A DNA stretch of 64,000 bases from Candidatus Moanibacter sp. (GTDB lineage: Bacteria > Verrucomicrobiota > Verrucomicrobiia > Opitutales > UBA2987). The position numbers were made by a program, and so were the translations under genes. How positions within the stretch are numbered: position 1 is the first letter of the stretch; every line of letters begins with the position of its first letter. The notes under the pieces were generated by a model. It was given only the letters and a program-made list of their open reading frames with translations. It did not search any database and was not told where the DNA came from. The stretch lies in assembly GCA_965215885.1 (NCBI GenBank), contig CBDCEW010000087.1, positions 36,309 to 100,308 of the forward strand, given 5' to 3'. This document shows positions 10,125 to 20,253 of the stretch, piece by piece.

Positions 10125-10464
10125 CAGAAGTCCCGCTCAGAGGGAGATGATGGGGAAGCCCAAGTTGGCAAAGAATTCGCAAAGAGTTGGCCCTCTGATG
10201 CAGTAGCCATACCACTGTTCCTTGCGGTGATCGATGAAGGAAGGAGGAAAACTCAAATGAGACACTATTCGAGCTGGGGACTTGTGGTCGCCGGCAGGCA
10301 CAGTGGTATGGGGCGAAGCCCACCGTGGGAAAAATCTTAAAGAGTAATCCCATCCCGGCACGCGAGGGCTCCGCAGTACCACTGATGGAGAGGGGGAGGT
10401 ATGGCAGCGGATTAAAGCACAGCAACGAATGGGGAGGGATCAAATGCAGCTATCGGGACTTCTG
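10125..10464. mobile_element. Possible non-autonomous IS remnant
   Basis: 11-bp inverted repeat CAGAAGTCCCG (10125-10135) / CGGGACTTCTG (10454-10464) bounds a non-coding stretch. No target duplication seen. Confidence 0.3.
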
Positions 10465-10609
10465 TTATTCGTAAGCTCTAGCGCAACATGATGGCAAGGA
10501 GAGGAATCGGCACTTTCCTGGGCTCACTTTGCCTCGAGGGGGGTGCAAGGAATCAGGTTCACAGTATTGTTGTGTTTCCCAAAGGTTTAAGTAAAAAGTC
10601 CCTGACTGA

Positions 10610-11656
10610 ATGAGAATTCTGATCACGGGAAATATGGGTTATGTAGGACCTTCTGTAGTCGAGACAGTGAGGAGGAGCTTCCCGGAGGCCACGATAGTGG
10701 GATTCGATACCGGGTACTTCGCGAACCGCCTCACCAACGCTGAGGTCTTCCCCGAGAGAAGACTCGATGCGCAATGGTTTGGCGACATCAGAGATTTTCG
10801 GGAAAGCATCCTTGATGATGTAGACACCATTATACACCTCGCCGCGTTATCGAATGATTCCATAGGCAATGAATTCGAGGAGGTAACCCTCGATGTCAAT
10901 TGGAAGTCAACCATACGGCTTGCCGCGTCCGCCAGGAAAGCCGGAGTAAGTTCCTTTATTTTCGCCTCAAGTTGCAGCATATATGGTGCGGCGGACTCCG
11001 AACCGAGAACTGAACGTTCTACTATAGATCCACAATCCGTATACGCAAAATCCAAGGTGCTTGCGGAAATGGACCTTCGGCCTCTAGCCGGTGATAACTT
11101 CAGGATTACATGCCTCAGATTTGCCACCGCTTGCGGAATGAGTCCGCGACTCCGCCTCGATCTGGTTCTGAACGATTTTGTGGCAGCAGCGGTGGCATCA
11201 AGAGAGATTACCTTGCTGAGTGACGGCACTTCCTGGAGACCCCTCATCGATGTTAAGGACATGGCGAAAGCGGTTCATTGGGCACTGATAAAAAGGCAAG
11301 ACGAGGGTGGGGACTTTTTGGCAATAAACGTCGGTAGCAACGCATGGAACTACCGGGTAAAGGAGTTGGCCGCGGCCGTAGCTGGCGTAATTCCGGGCAT
11401 CGATGTTTCAATAAACCTTGGGGCAGAACCGGATAAACGGTCCTACAAAGTCAATTTTGATCGGTTCAAAGAGGTCGCTCCAGGTCATCAACCGGATTTT
11501 ACACTTACTGACACAATTGGGAATTTGAGACATTGTCTCGAAGCCATGAATTTCTCGGACGTTAACTTTCGTAACTCTCATTATATGCGTCTGCATACAT
11601 TGAGAAGGTTACAGAAGCAAAATCGCCTCGATCATCAACTCCGATGGGCTGAGTGA
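10610..11656 (+). CDS. NAD-dependent epimerase/dehydratase (extended SDR)
   Basis: ITGNMGYVG, HLAALSND, ASSCSIYG, YAKSK (YxxxK) and LRFATACG. Confidence 0.92.
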   Translation: MRILITGNMGYVGPSVVETVRRSFPEATIVGFDTGYFANRLTNAEVFPERRLDAQWFGDIRDFRESILDDVDTIIHLAALSNDSIGNEFEEVTLDVNWKSTIRLAASARKAGVSSFIFASSCSIYGAADSEPRTERSTIDPQSVYAKSKVLAEMDLRPLAGDNFRITCLRFATACGMSPRLRLDLVLNDFVAAAVASREITLLSDGTSWRPLIDVKDMAKAVHWALIKRQDEGGDFLAINVGSNAWNYRVKELAAAVAGVIPGIDVSINLGAEPDKRSYKVNFDRFKEVAPGHQPDFTLTDTIGNLRHCLEAMNFSDVNFRNSHYMRLHTLRRLQKQNRLDHQLRWAE

Positions 11657-11657
11657 T

Positions 11658-12983
11658 ATGATTATCGTCGATACCGCTTTGAAGAAGCGCGACGAGGAGC
11701 GAAATCCCATTCGCGTCGCCCTTGTCGGCGCTGGTTTCATGGGCCGTGCCATCGCACAACAGATTTGCCGATACACAGCCGGTATGAAACTCGTCGCCAT
11801 TTCAAATCGGCATATAGATACCGCCCTGAGCGCATACCGTAACGCCGACGCAGAAAATGTTGATAATGTAAATACCGTAGAAGAACTCGAAACGAGCATC
11901 GCAAGAAGTCACTTCGCCGTTACGGAAGACGCCCTCTTGCTGTGCAGAGCCGAAGGAATTGATGCGATAATTGAGGCAACCGGCACCGTAGTATTCGCCG
12001 CTTCCATCGCATTGGAAGCCATCCAGTGCGGTAAGCACGTCATTCTCTTCAACGCGGAATTGGACGCTACTCTCGGACCAATTTTGAAAGTCCATGCCGA
12101 TAAGGCCGGGGTGGTCTACTCTTCCGCCGATGGCGATCAACCCGGAGTCACCATGAACCTCTACCGATTCATCAAGCAATTAGGCATATGTCCCGTCCTG
12201 TGCGGAAACATCAAAGGTCTTCAAGACCGCTATCGAAATCCCACCACGCAAGCAGAATATGCGGCGAAGCGCGGTATCGGTCCGCATATGGCTGCTTCCT
12301 TCGCCGATGGAACAAAGGTATCATTCGAACAAGCGATAGTCGCAAATGGAACGGATATGTTCGTTGCAAAACGAGGTATGCTCGGCCCTGTCGTAGCACC
12401 CGGCACGCCACTGGAATCAGCTGTTTCGCAGTTTCCCGAAGGATTGACGCTGAAAAGTCGGGGATTCGTCGATTACATTGTGGGAGCCTCTCCCGCCCCC
12501 GGGGTGTTTATCCTCGGAACTTGCGAGGATCCGGCACAACGCAGGTTGCTGGAACACTACAAAATGGGAAGCGGTCCGCTCTACTGTTTTACTAAGCCCT
12601 TCCATCTCTGCCATTTCGAAGTTCCGAATTCAGTAGCGCGCGCTGTAATTTTCGGTGATCCAACCCTGCAACCGCTGGGCGCTCCAAGAGTCGACGTTAT
12701 CGCGGCGGCGAAAAAGCCACTCAGGGAAGGTGAAATCATTGACGGCATAGGGCACTATATGTCTTACGGCTTGTGCGAGAATTATGAAACCGTAGTTAAA
12801 GAGCGCCTCCTCCCAATGGGTTTGGCCGAGGGGTGTCGACTCAAGCGCGACATACCGAGAGATCGAGTATTGACCTACAATGATGTGCATCTTCCCGACC
12901 GTCGTCTGGCCGATGGCCTCAGGCGGGAACAGGATAAATTCTGGCAACGCAAGGAGAAGAGAGAGGAAGCAACGAACGAATGA
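11658..12983 (+). CDS. NAD(P)-dependent oxidoreductase with C-terminal SAF domain (homoserine dehydrogenase-like)
   Basis: VGAGFMG, NAELDATLGP, DGDQPG, SFADGTK, and C-terminal LLPMGLAEGCRLKRDI. Confidence 0.88.
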   Translation: MIIVDTALKKRDEERNPIRVALVGAGFMGRAIAQQICRYTAGMKLVAISNRHIDTALSAYRNADAENVDNVNTVEELETSIARSHFAVTEDALLLCRAEGIDAIIEATGTVVFAASIALEAIQCGKHVILFNAELDATLGPILKVHADKAGVVYSSADGDQPGVTMNLYRFIKQLGICPVLCGNIKGLQDRYRNPTTQAEYAAKRGIGPHMAASFADGTKVSFEQAIVANGTDMFVAKRGMLGPVVAPGTPLESAVSQFPEGLTLKSRGFVDYIVGASPAPGVFILGTCEDPAQRRLLEHYKMGSGPLYCFTKPFHLCHFEVPNSVARAVIFGDPTLQPLGAPRVDVIAAAKKPLREGEIIDGIGHYMSYGLCENYETVVKERLLPMGLAEGCRLKRDIPRDRVLTYNDVHLPDRRLADGLRREQDKFWQRKEKREEATNE

Positions 12984-13016
12984 GTCGGTTAGGTTCCTGT
13001 TTCGGAAATCTCCGGG

Positions 13017-13296
13017 CTAAGTACTCGATAACGCAAATACAGTCATGTATGCCGAGGCGATTTTGGATGCTGGGGGAGGCGGTCGAGTCGAGCCAGGCTG
13101 GAGCCCTTGCTCAACTCGACCAACGCTGCCCAGCGCCAAAAGCGCCCGGTCCCATAGGGATGGGGCGGCACCGGGGGTATTGCGGCGTTGCGGCGACGAG
13201 GAAAGCGCCTTGAGGCTGTCCATCGTCGGCGCGCCTTGCACTACCCCAGGTGGCGCTCCCACATACGTGACCGTATTTACGTGATCGAGTACTTAG
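13017..13296. mobile_element. MITE-like element with about 35-bp terminal inverted repeats
   Basis: CTAAGTACTCGATAACGCAAATACAGTCATGTATG versus the reverse complement of 13262-13296 (4 mismatches). GC-rich, hairpin-forming interior with no credible gene. Confidence 0.8.
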
Positions 13297-14464
13297 TCCT
13301 ACAGTTTCCTTGCCAGTACTTCGGTTTGGCAAGCGTCTCCTGGTAAATTTCGAGGACACTTTGGGCAGCCCTCTTCCAAGAGAACATTTCCGCCTGCTTT
13401 CGGCCCGAATCTCTCAAGTTCGAGCGCAAATCACTCTCTTTCAACAAGCGGGCAAGCCCTCCATAGATACTATCGACTGAAAACGGATCTGCCAGGATCG
13501 CAGCATCTCCCGCTACCTCAGGTAGCGACGAAGTGTTGGAAGTAAGAACGGGAGCTCCGCAACTCATTGCCTCCAGGACCGGCAGTCCGAAACCCTCGAA
13601 CAAAGAGGGGTAGACGAAGGCAAAGCAATTCCGGAAAAGCCACGCCAGCTCGAGGTCATTGACATACCCCAATAACGTTACCTCTCGATCGAGGTCCTGC
13701 GAATGGATCTCTGATTCTAGATCCTCCATTAACCAACCCTTCCCTCCCGCAAATATGACCGGTAAAAGAAATCCAGTCTCTTTCTTCAGTCGGGCATAGG
13801 CCTCGATCAGCCGTAAATGATTCTTTCGTGGTTCAAGTGTGGCCACGGTAAGCCAAAACTTCTCGGCTTCCCAATCCTGCAGACTTTCTGGCTGTTCCAA
13901 GTCCTCCGAAACATGCATGCGGCAAGCCTCGTGCACGACCCCGATCCGCTCCTCAGGATAATGAGGAAAAGTCTCGAGGTAATGCTCGCGGGTATAATGG
14001 GACACAGCCACGATATAATCCGCGTAAATACTGGCATTGAAAACTCCATCAAAACAGCCAAACCGATTCTCTTCCGTCGTCCATTCCGGATAATTTAGAA
14101 AACCCAAGTCGTGCAACGTGAATACAAGGCGACTGCGTTCCAAATTCCCGGGACAGAAAAAATTGTTGGAATGCACAATATCTGGATCACCCAACCGACT
14201 CTCGAATTCCGGATCAGACCCTCTCCAGTATTCCCGCGTTTCCCTTTGGCTTCCGCACCCGTTGAGGCGGGTCACATTCGGGTGCTCAATGCTGAAAGTG
14301 TGCGCCTCCCAGTCTGGATCCCAATAGAGATCACCGAAGGTAGGAAAGAGGACGAAATCGTGCTTTGAATCCAGCTCTATAAGACTTCGGATCAGACAAT
14401 CGGCATAGTATCCGCAGCCCGCCTTGTTGCTTCCGGATTGACTGACGTCAAAGCCGATCTTCAT
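13277..14464 (-). CDS. GT4 glycosyltransferase
   Basis: TLHDL, TLEPRKN, FVYPSLFEGFGLPVLEAMSCG and SSLPEVAGDAA. Confidence 0.92.
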   Translation of the reverse strand: MKIGFDVSQSGSNKAGCGYYADCLIRSLIELDSKHDFVLFPTFGDLYWDPDWEAHTFSIEHPNVTRLNGCGSQRETREYWRGSDPEFESRLGDPDIVHSNNFFCPGNLERSRLVFTLHDLGFLNYPEWTTEENRFGCFDGVFNASIYADYIVAVSHYTREHYLETFPHYPEERIGVVHEACRMHVSEDLEQPESLQDWEAEKFWLTVATLEPRKNHLRLIEAYARLKKETGFLLPVIFAGGKGWLMEDLESEIHSQDLDREVTLLGYVNDLELAWLFRNCFAFVYPSLFEGFGLPVLEAMSCGAPVLTSNTSSLPEVAGDAAILADPFSVDSIYGGLARLLKESDLRSNLRDSGRKQAEMFSWKRAAQSVLEIYQETLAKPKYWQGNCRTKYSIT

Positions 14465-14506
14465 TGGTCAGATTTCTGGTGCGACGTTAACATCAGTCAC
14501 AAAGGA

Positions 14507-14700
14507 CCCTAGTGCAGCCAGGCCGCAACCAAACGAGTCCGCTGAAAGAGGGGAAACCACGGATTTCACGGATGGACACGGATTGGGAAGAGAGTGGATC
14601 ATCCATCGCTTTACAAAATCCGAATCTTATCCGTGCCCATCAGTGTAATCCGTGGTCTCTTTTCCTGTGTTCCTTTTGATTGCGGCTCGACCGCGCCTGG
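14507..14700. repeat. Nested inverted-repeat (REP/MITE-like) element
   Basis: Outer GCCGCAACCAAA / TTTGATTGCGGC arms. Inner ACCACGGATTTCACGGATGGACACGGAT (14556-14583) / ATCCGTGCCCATCAGTGTAATCCGTGGT (14629-14656). Confidence 0.75.
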
Positions 14701-15614
14701 ACATCCCTGGTTTGCATAACAACACGAGGGAAATCCCTCAGGCTCTTCCAGCTATTCGAAAGGGTCCAATGAAGAGTCTTTCGAAATACTTTACGCGAAA
14801 TGCCTTTATTCCAACGAAGCGAGGCATGGAGTGAAATAGCCGACACCGCTACCGCGTAGCGCCACTTATTTTCTCTCTTATAGCCCTTGGAGTCCACATA
14901 GGCATGGGCAAAACTAAACAGCCATGCCTCGGGCACGCGCCCGAGCTTTCGTAGCATCATGTTGTTTGTTTCGCTGTGTACTTTAGGAGGGTCTCTCAAA
15001 GTCTTGTTCTCCGGATAAAATCGCGAACCAGCCAGTATTTCAGGCAGGTAGTGAAAATCCTCTCCGCCTAACGAAAGGCGCAACCAGTATTCGTAGTCCA
15101 TGCAAAAGTCGAGGTTCTCATCCAAATATCCATAGCTTTCCACCAAATTTCTACGAAAAAACACAGCGGGCTGGCAGAGAAAACAAACCTCTCTAAGTCG
15201 TTGCGGTTCCCACCCTTCAGTTCCGTATCGCTCGATAACTTCATCGTGCTCATCGATGTGGTTCGCGTCGCCATACACCAAGTTCGCCTCAGGATGAGCG
15301 GAAAAATAGTCCATGACCTCTCTAACTGCACCAGGATAGTAAATATCATCAGAATTCAACCACCCGATAATCTCTCCGGCGCTCTTCGCGATGCCTTTGT
15401 TGACCGCGGCTGCCTGGCCATTATCCGCTTCCGATACCCAGCTCAACCTGGAATCAAATCGTTCCAGAATCTCGATGGTGTCGTCATCGCTTCCACCGTC
15501 AATCGTCCAATACTCAAGATTCGGTACTTCCTGATCCAGGACACTCCGAATCGTTCGTTCGATAAACCGCCCCTGATTCAAGGATGGTGTAATGATGGAA
15601 ATACTCTCGCCCAC
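14640..15614 (-). CDS. GT2 glycosyltransferase
   Basis: ISIITPSLNQG, IDGGSDD, GWLNSDD, CQPAVF and MDYEYWLR. Confidence 0.92.
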   Translation of the reverse strand: MGESISIITPSLNQGRFIERTIRSVLDQEVPNLEYWTIDGGSDDDTIEILERFDSRLSWVSEADNGQAAAVNKGIAKSAGEIIGWLNSDDIYYPGAVREVMDYFSAHPEANLVYGDANHIDEHDEVIERYGTEGWEPQRLREVCFLCQPAVFFRRNLVESYGYLDENLDFCMDYEYWLRLSLGGEDFHYLPEILAGSRFYPENKTLRDPPKVHSETNNMMLRKLGRVPEAWLFSFAHAYVDSKGYKRENKWRYAVAVSAISLHASLRWNKGISRKVFRKTLHWTLSNSWKSLRDFPRVVMQTRDVQARSSRNQKEHRKRDHGLH

Positions 15615-15619
15615 CCGCC

Positions 15620-16780
15620 TCAGTTCATTTGGAGCACACTGTCAAACGCTTCCGCGTACTCGCGACACATCCTCTTTGTGTCACTAAACAGCCTGGCCCG
15701 CTCATAGCCATTTTCAATGACCCTCTCCAGATTTTGGCCGCTCACTTCAACTTTTTCTATAGCCGCGGCCAAGTCCACCGGTTTCCTGGGATCGAAATAG
15801 ATCGCCGCATCGCCGCCGATCTCCGGCAGACTGGCAGCGTTACTGCAGACAACGGGCTTACCGAAACTCATCGCCTCGAGCACAGGCAGACCGAATCCCT
15901 CGTACAATGAAGGATAGACGACGGCGCGGCATCGCCGATACAATGCTGCCAGTTCCACCTCACTGACAAAACCGGTAAAATGCATTCTCTCTTTGAGACA
16001 AAACCTGTTTCGTGCCAGGATCAAATCATCCAGCCTTGAATCCGGCGCTCCCGTGCACACCACCACCAGGTCAGACCCAGGATTTTGGGAGCAGAACATA
16101 CCGAAAGCCGTTAACAACATACGGTGATTCTTGTGCGGCCAGAAGTTTGCCGGATACAGGAGATACCGTCCCTTTTTTACCTTCAGCCCTTCCAAAGTTT
16201 TCGTCGTGTCATTCGAGTCTCCATTGTTCAGCCGGCACGATAGACAAATGGAAATCGTTCTGACTCGATCCGGCGGAATTCTGCCTGTCTCGACAACCGA
16301 CCTGCTGACATGTTTGGAATAGCAGACAATGACACTGGAATGCAGGCAGACACTTTCGAAATTTGCGATGCGTTCATTCAGATCATGCTCTTCGAAAAAC
16401 TGGGGGTAGGAGTTGAATTGCATGTCGTGGACGACCGTTACCACAGGCAGCTTACACTCTGGAAACGATATGCCGGTAAATGGGCAGAACGTTATGTCGG
16501 CACGCAGCTCCGTGAACAGGTCTTTTCTCTTTCGAATTCCGATGCGGTGGAGCAATCCTCGCTTCGGACCCTCATCGACATTCACCACCCGCACGTTGTC
16601 GGATTCTTCAGAGGTGAGTTCGCTGTGATTCCGCTCCGATGATAAAAGAAAAAAGGTGCACCGAGGCTCCAGCCTGCTCAATCCGCGAATGAGTTCGAGC
16701 GCGAACGGCTTTGCACCACCATTCGCACCGCCGGGAACCAGCGGCAACAGATCAACGATGACTCTCTTCCCCTTTAGCAT
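15620..16780 (-). CDS. GT4 glycosyltransferase
   Basis: PGGANGGAK, YPANFWPHKNH and YPSLYEGFGLPVLEAM. Confidence 0.92.
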   Translation of the reverse strand: MLKGKRVIVDLLPLVPGGANGGAKPFALELIRGLSRLEPRCTFFLLSSERNHSELTSEESDNVRVVNVDEGPKRGLLHRIGIRKRKDLFTELRADITFCPFTGISFPECKLPVVTVVHDMQFNSYPQFFEEHDLNERIANFESVCLHSSVIVCYSKHVSRSVVETGRIPPDRVRTISICLSCRLNNGDSNDTTKTLEGLKVKKGRYLLYPANFWPHKNHRMLLTAFGMFCSQNPGSDLVVVCTGAPDSRLDDLILARNRFCLKERMHFTGFVSEVELAALYRRCRAVVYPSLYEGFGLPVLEAMSFGKPVVCSNAASLPEIGGDAAIYFDPRKPVDLAAAIEKVEVSGQNLERVIENGYERARLFSDTKRMCREYAEAFDSVLQMN

Positions 16781-16861
16781 TCTGTCAGTTGCGTATCTGT
16801 TTAGCGTCCCGGCTGAAAAGATGCTCGTTCAAGCTCAGGAAGAGGTCAGCCGCCGAAATGC

Positions 16862-17710
16862 TTACATGACATCAGCAAATGCGGGCTTCAGTTTTTGAAA
16901 GACACCATAGCCCAGAAAGAAGAACAGGATCCCCACACCGTAGAGATAGAAGAGGTATGTAACATTCATTGGAATATTCCAAAGCAATACATTTCGGCTG
17001 AGTTCGACAATGTGGATCATGGGATTATACTTCAGAAACTCCCAAATCTCCAACGGTATCATCGAAGCCGAATAGAACACCGCACTGGCGTAAAGGATTG
17101 CTGTCGTTGCGAACTGCATGATGTGGCTTATATCACGGAGAAAGACGCCAAGAGACGCCAACAACCACGTCAATCCCATTGTCAGGAATATGAGAGGGAG
17201 GAGTATGACTGGAAACCATAGATTATTGATATTTAACCCATTACCAAACAAAATCAAACCCAGGAAAAAAAGGCCGATACTGACCAGAAAATGGAAGAGG
17301 GCAGCGCCTAAAGTTGCAACCGGGATTATTCGCAGGGGGAACACAACTTTTTTTACGAGATTCGGACTATTCACAATCACGATGGGCGCCACCATCAGTG
17401 CCTCCGCCAGAAATTGGTACAAACTCAAGCTCAAAAATAATCCCAAAGCGAAGTCGACAGCGCTTTCTTCTTCAAGGATTCCATAGTTTCGCTCAAAAAT
17501 CAGGCCGAAGACAAAATAGTAGAGACCCATCATTAAGAGCGGCGTAAAAACTGCCCAGAGCAGGCCCAGGTAACTCCCTTTATGCCGAATTTGAATATTG
17601 CGAACGGTGAACTGCCATAGCAGTCCGCGGTGGGTATAGAATTCGCGGACAATACGAATCGGATTCAATTCCGACCAGACCGTTATCTCTCGAGAAGCTA
17701 TTGGAATCAT
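16862..17710 (-). CDS. wzm: ABC-2 polysaccharide exporter permease (Wzm)
   Basis: RHKGSYLGLLW, NLVKKVVFP, LGVFLRD, NPM and C-terminal FADVM. Multi-pass hydrophobic. Confidence 0.88.
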   Translation of the reverse strand: MIPIASREITVWSELNPIRIVREFYTHRGLLWQFTVRNIQIRHKGSYLGLLWAVFTPLLMMGLYYFVFGLIFERNYGILEEESAVDFALGLFLSLSLYQFLAEALMVAPIVIVNSPNLVKKVVFPLRIIPVATLGAALFHFLVSIGLFFLGLILFGNGLNINNLWFPVILLPLIFLTMGLTWLLASLGVFLRDISHIMQFATTAILYASAVFYSASMIPLEIWEFLKYNPMIHIVELSRNVLLWNIPMNVTYLFYLYGVGILFFFLGYGVFQKLKPAFADVM

Positions 17711-17762
17711 GACACTTGTGCAGGTTGAACTGGGATAGAATGGAGAGTTGGAGTGATGGAGG

Positions 17763-19487
17763 TCATTGGCTCACTCTAACTGAGTCTTCGCGTAGAATAG
17801 TATTCATTCTACTAATCAGAAACACACGAAAGGCCAACACGTTATGGCTTACACTTGGCAAATAGCCACTATCCAGAACCACATTCACCAGGAATCTCGG
17901 CACAAGTCTCTCTACAGAAGCCTCCAATGCAAGTAATCCTGATCTCACTGCCTTTGCCTGCCGGTCGATTTTCACACTACTCGATATGTAGTGCAGGAAG
18001 CCCGCAGGGAAAATTGACTTCGTTTGCTCCGAAGAGAGTTCTCCCTCCAGCAAGTTTACTACCTCCTCCTGCTTGAACACGTTCTTCCGCCGTGCGATTG
18101 CTTCATCAGTCGCAAAATCGACTCTTGGACTGAGATCAGTCACCACTTTCTTGTAGAGGGTCTTCTCAGTCCGTAAATCGTCCGGCAATCGCCTAACCTG
18201 TTGAAGTATCTTTCTGGACAACAGTGGATTCATCAGCTCCACGTAGGGAAGTTTCAGATCGGACAGAGAGGACAAGATGGTGGGCAATCGGAATCCGTGA
18301 TATAGCTTGTCACGCCACGCGGCCAGTGTCTCTCCTTCCCTCCGAAGTAAAATTCCCGGTAACTCCTGGGTCTTAAAGCCAAACTCCTCAAATTTCTTCA
18401 AGTCCCTGAAGTCTGAACAAAGTGGACAACCAACACTGTGCCTTACGGATAAGGAAGATGAAACTCCAACCCAGCCAAATCCTTCGTCGCCCCTAATCAC
18501 TCCTTCGACACCCTCTTCGAACAAAGTCTTCCAGATTCTGAATCCATCCATATAGCCCGACAAGTGGTCGATACGTCCCTCTCCTAATAGGACAAACCTG
18601 TTGACTATCTCTTCTACAGGTTCTTCAGGCTCCTCCGTAAGATAGTACTTGTGGGAGACCCTGAGTCTGTTCGCGAGCTCCCTCGCAACATAGGCATCAT
18701 TTCGCTTTTGGTGTAAGGAAGCTTCCAAGCCCCAGGTGATTGTTCTCAGTCCTTCACTGCCATTGCTGGTATTGTGCAGTAGACAAAGTATTCCCCTGCT
18801 GTCATAGCCTCCAGACAAGGGCAAGACCCAGCTGGATAAGTCCAAATTGAGTGACTCAAATGTGTCTTCAATCGCTTCCCTCAGCAGTTCTTCATGCTGA
18901 CTTTTCGACTCCTCTAACAATGCGAAATCCACCGGATTCGACTTGGTAGAGATAGACCACTCCTTCTTTTTGAGTATTACCGCTGAGTCAGGCGGCACTC
19001 GCTCTATTCTCTTATCCCAAGAGAGCTGTGGGCCCAGAGAACCTGTTGAAAGCATCCATGGAATAATCCTCTCATCAAATTCGAAACTACCAATATACAT
19101 GGTAATCGCCCTTTGTGAGGTGGAAGCTATGAAAAGTTCGCGATCCAAATAGTACCAGATTGCTCTCGAACCAACAGGATCACTCACTATTTCGAAGCAG
19201 TGCTCCGCGTCTCGGAACAGGGCAAATGAACCATCTAATAAGCCGTGGGTCGACTCCCACCAATTGGCCTCTTCTTCGAAAAGTTTACCGATCAATACAC
19301 TATTGCCCCTCTCCAGCATCGATCCTGCCGGGTTCATCACTCCATAGGCAGTCTTCTCGTCTACAACAATCTTTGGCGGATTTGGAGCAATGTTGTCTGG
19401 CGCAAGATTTCTGCAGATCTCCTCTAATCGTTCTGCAACTGATACAGCAAGCCTGTCCCTGGCACAGACATAGATCACTTTCGACAT
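17763..19487 (-). CDS. Asparagine-synthase-related ATP pyrophosphatase
   Basis: PP-loop LSGGYDSRG, DPVGSRAIWY and RGDEGFG. No N-terminal Cys. Confidence 0.7.
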   Translation of the reverse strand: MSKVIYVCARDRLAVSVAERLEEICRNLAPDNIAPNPPKIVVDEKTAYGVMNPAGSMLERGNSVLIGKLFEEEANWWESTHGLLDGSFALFRDAEHCFEIVSDPVGSRAIWYYLDRELFIASTSQRAITMYIGSFEFDERIIPWMLSTGSLGPQLSWDKRIERVPPDSAVILKKKEWSISTKSNPVDFALLEESKSQHEELLREAIEDTFESLNLDLSSWVLPLSGGYDSRGILCLLHNTSNGSEGLRTITWGLEASLHQKRNDAYVARELANRLRVSHKYYLTEEPEEPVEEIVNRFVLLGEGRIDHLSGYMDGFRIWKTLFEEGVEGVIRGDEGFGWVGVSSSLSVRHSVGCPLCSDFRDLKKFEEFGFKTQELPGILLRREGETLAAWRDKLYHGFRLPTILSSLSDLKLPYVELMNPLLSRKILQQVRRLPDDLRTEKTLYKKVVTDLSPRVDFATDEAIARRKNVFKQEEVVNLLEGELSSEQTKSIFPAGFLHYISSSVKIDRQAKAVRSGLLALEASVERLVPRFLVNVVLDSGYLPSVSHNVLAFRVFLISRMNTILREDSVRVSQ

Positions 19488-19512
19488 TGGAGTTCTCCCT
19501 GGCCCGCTTTTC

Positions 19513-20253
19513 TCACCGCGACACCATTGTCCGTTTCCGATCTAAAGCGTTCAAGCCTGCCTTCATGCCCTGGCAATACTTGCTCACACGTATACCCATC
19601 GGCTCACTACGGCTCAAAAGAAGCCTCAACCAATTCGGTATACGCTCATTCACCTTGATTTCCATAATAACCGAATCCTGTGCCAGAACAGGCCGGTTCT
19701 TCGTTAACAGACTCAAGTCAAAGTTGTGGGTGCGATACGCGAGGAGGTGATCGAATGTTACTCTGACCCCGGGTTCAAAACGGCCTCCCACAAAAGGTTC
19801 ACGCTGGTAGGAAATAATACACTTGGGCGTTAATGACAATGCCCTCACCATATAACGCACTTCCGAAGCGGTATTGCGGTCAGTTACATCCATCCCCTCA
19901 AGCGAGATCTCCGATCCCCTACAGAGTTTCTCCGCCTCCGCGAAGTCGAGCCACATTCTTCGCTTCTGCACTGTTCGGTCGACGCGCTGCTTTATTTCGA
20001 CGAAAACTCGTGAGAGATCAGAGCGGTCATAGGTTCGAATACGCAGCTTCCTGCGGTATTTTACTCCGTCCAGTTTACTTCGAAAACAAGCCAGATCCGA
20101 ACTGTCGAAATAGAGACTCGATATATAGTAGCGACCGCGGTCGGACGCATGGGGATCGCGCAACATCCTTTTCAGAATCTGATCGCGCATACCCTCGTAC
20201 TCTCGATAGCGGAGGAGGAATTTCAGCTCATACCGATTAAACTTTCGAATCAT
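19513..20253 (-). CDS. VTC (polyphosphate polymerase) domain protein
   Basis: RYELKF, YYISSLYFDS, RRKLRIRTY, EIKQR, RVTFD, MEIK and SKYC. Confidence 0.9.
   Translation of the reverse strand: MIRKFNRYELKFLLRYREYEGMRDQILKRMLRDPHASDRGRYYISSLYFDSSDLACFRSKLDGVKYRRKLRIRTYDRSDLSRVFVEIKQRVDRTVQKRRMWLDFAEAEKLCRGSEISLEGMDVTDRNTASEVRYMVRALSLTPKCIISYQREPFVGGRFEPGVRVTFDHLLAYRTHNFDLSLLTKNRPVLAQDSVIMEIKVNERIPNWLRLLLSRSEPMGIRVSKYCQGMKAGLNALDRKRTMVSR

Noticed and set aside
10367..10388. 21/22-bp match to 24004-24025
   Set aside because: Single short match with no supporting structure. It cannot be separated from chance without more copies.
12980..13359. Small ORFs on both strands
   Set aside because: They lie within the GC-rich MITE and show no protein-like features.
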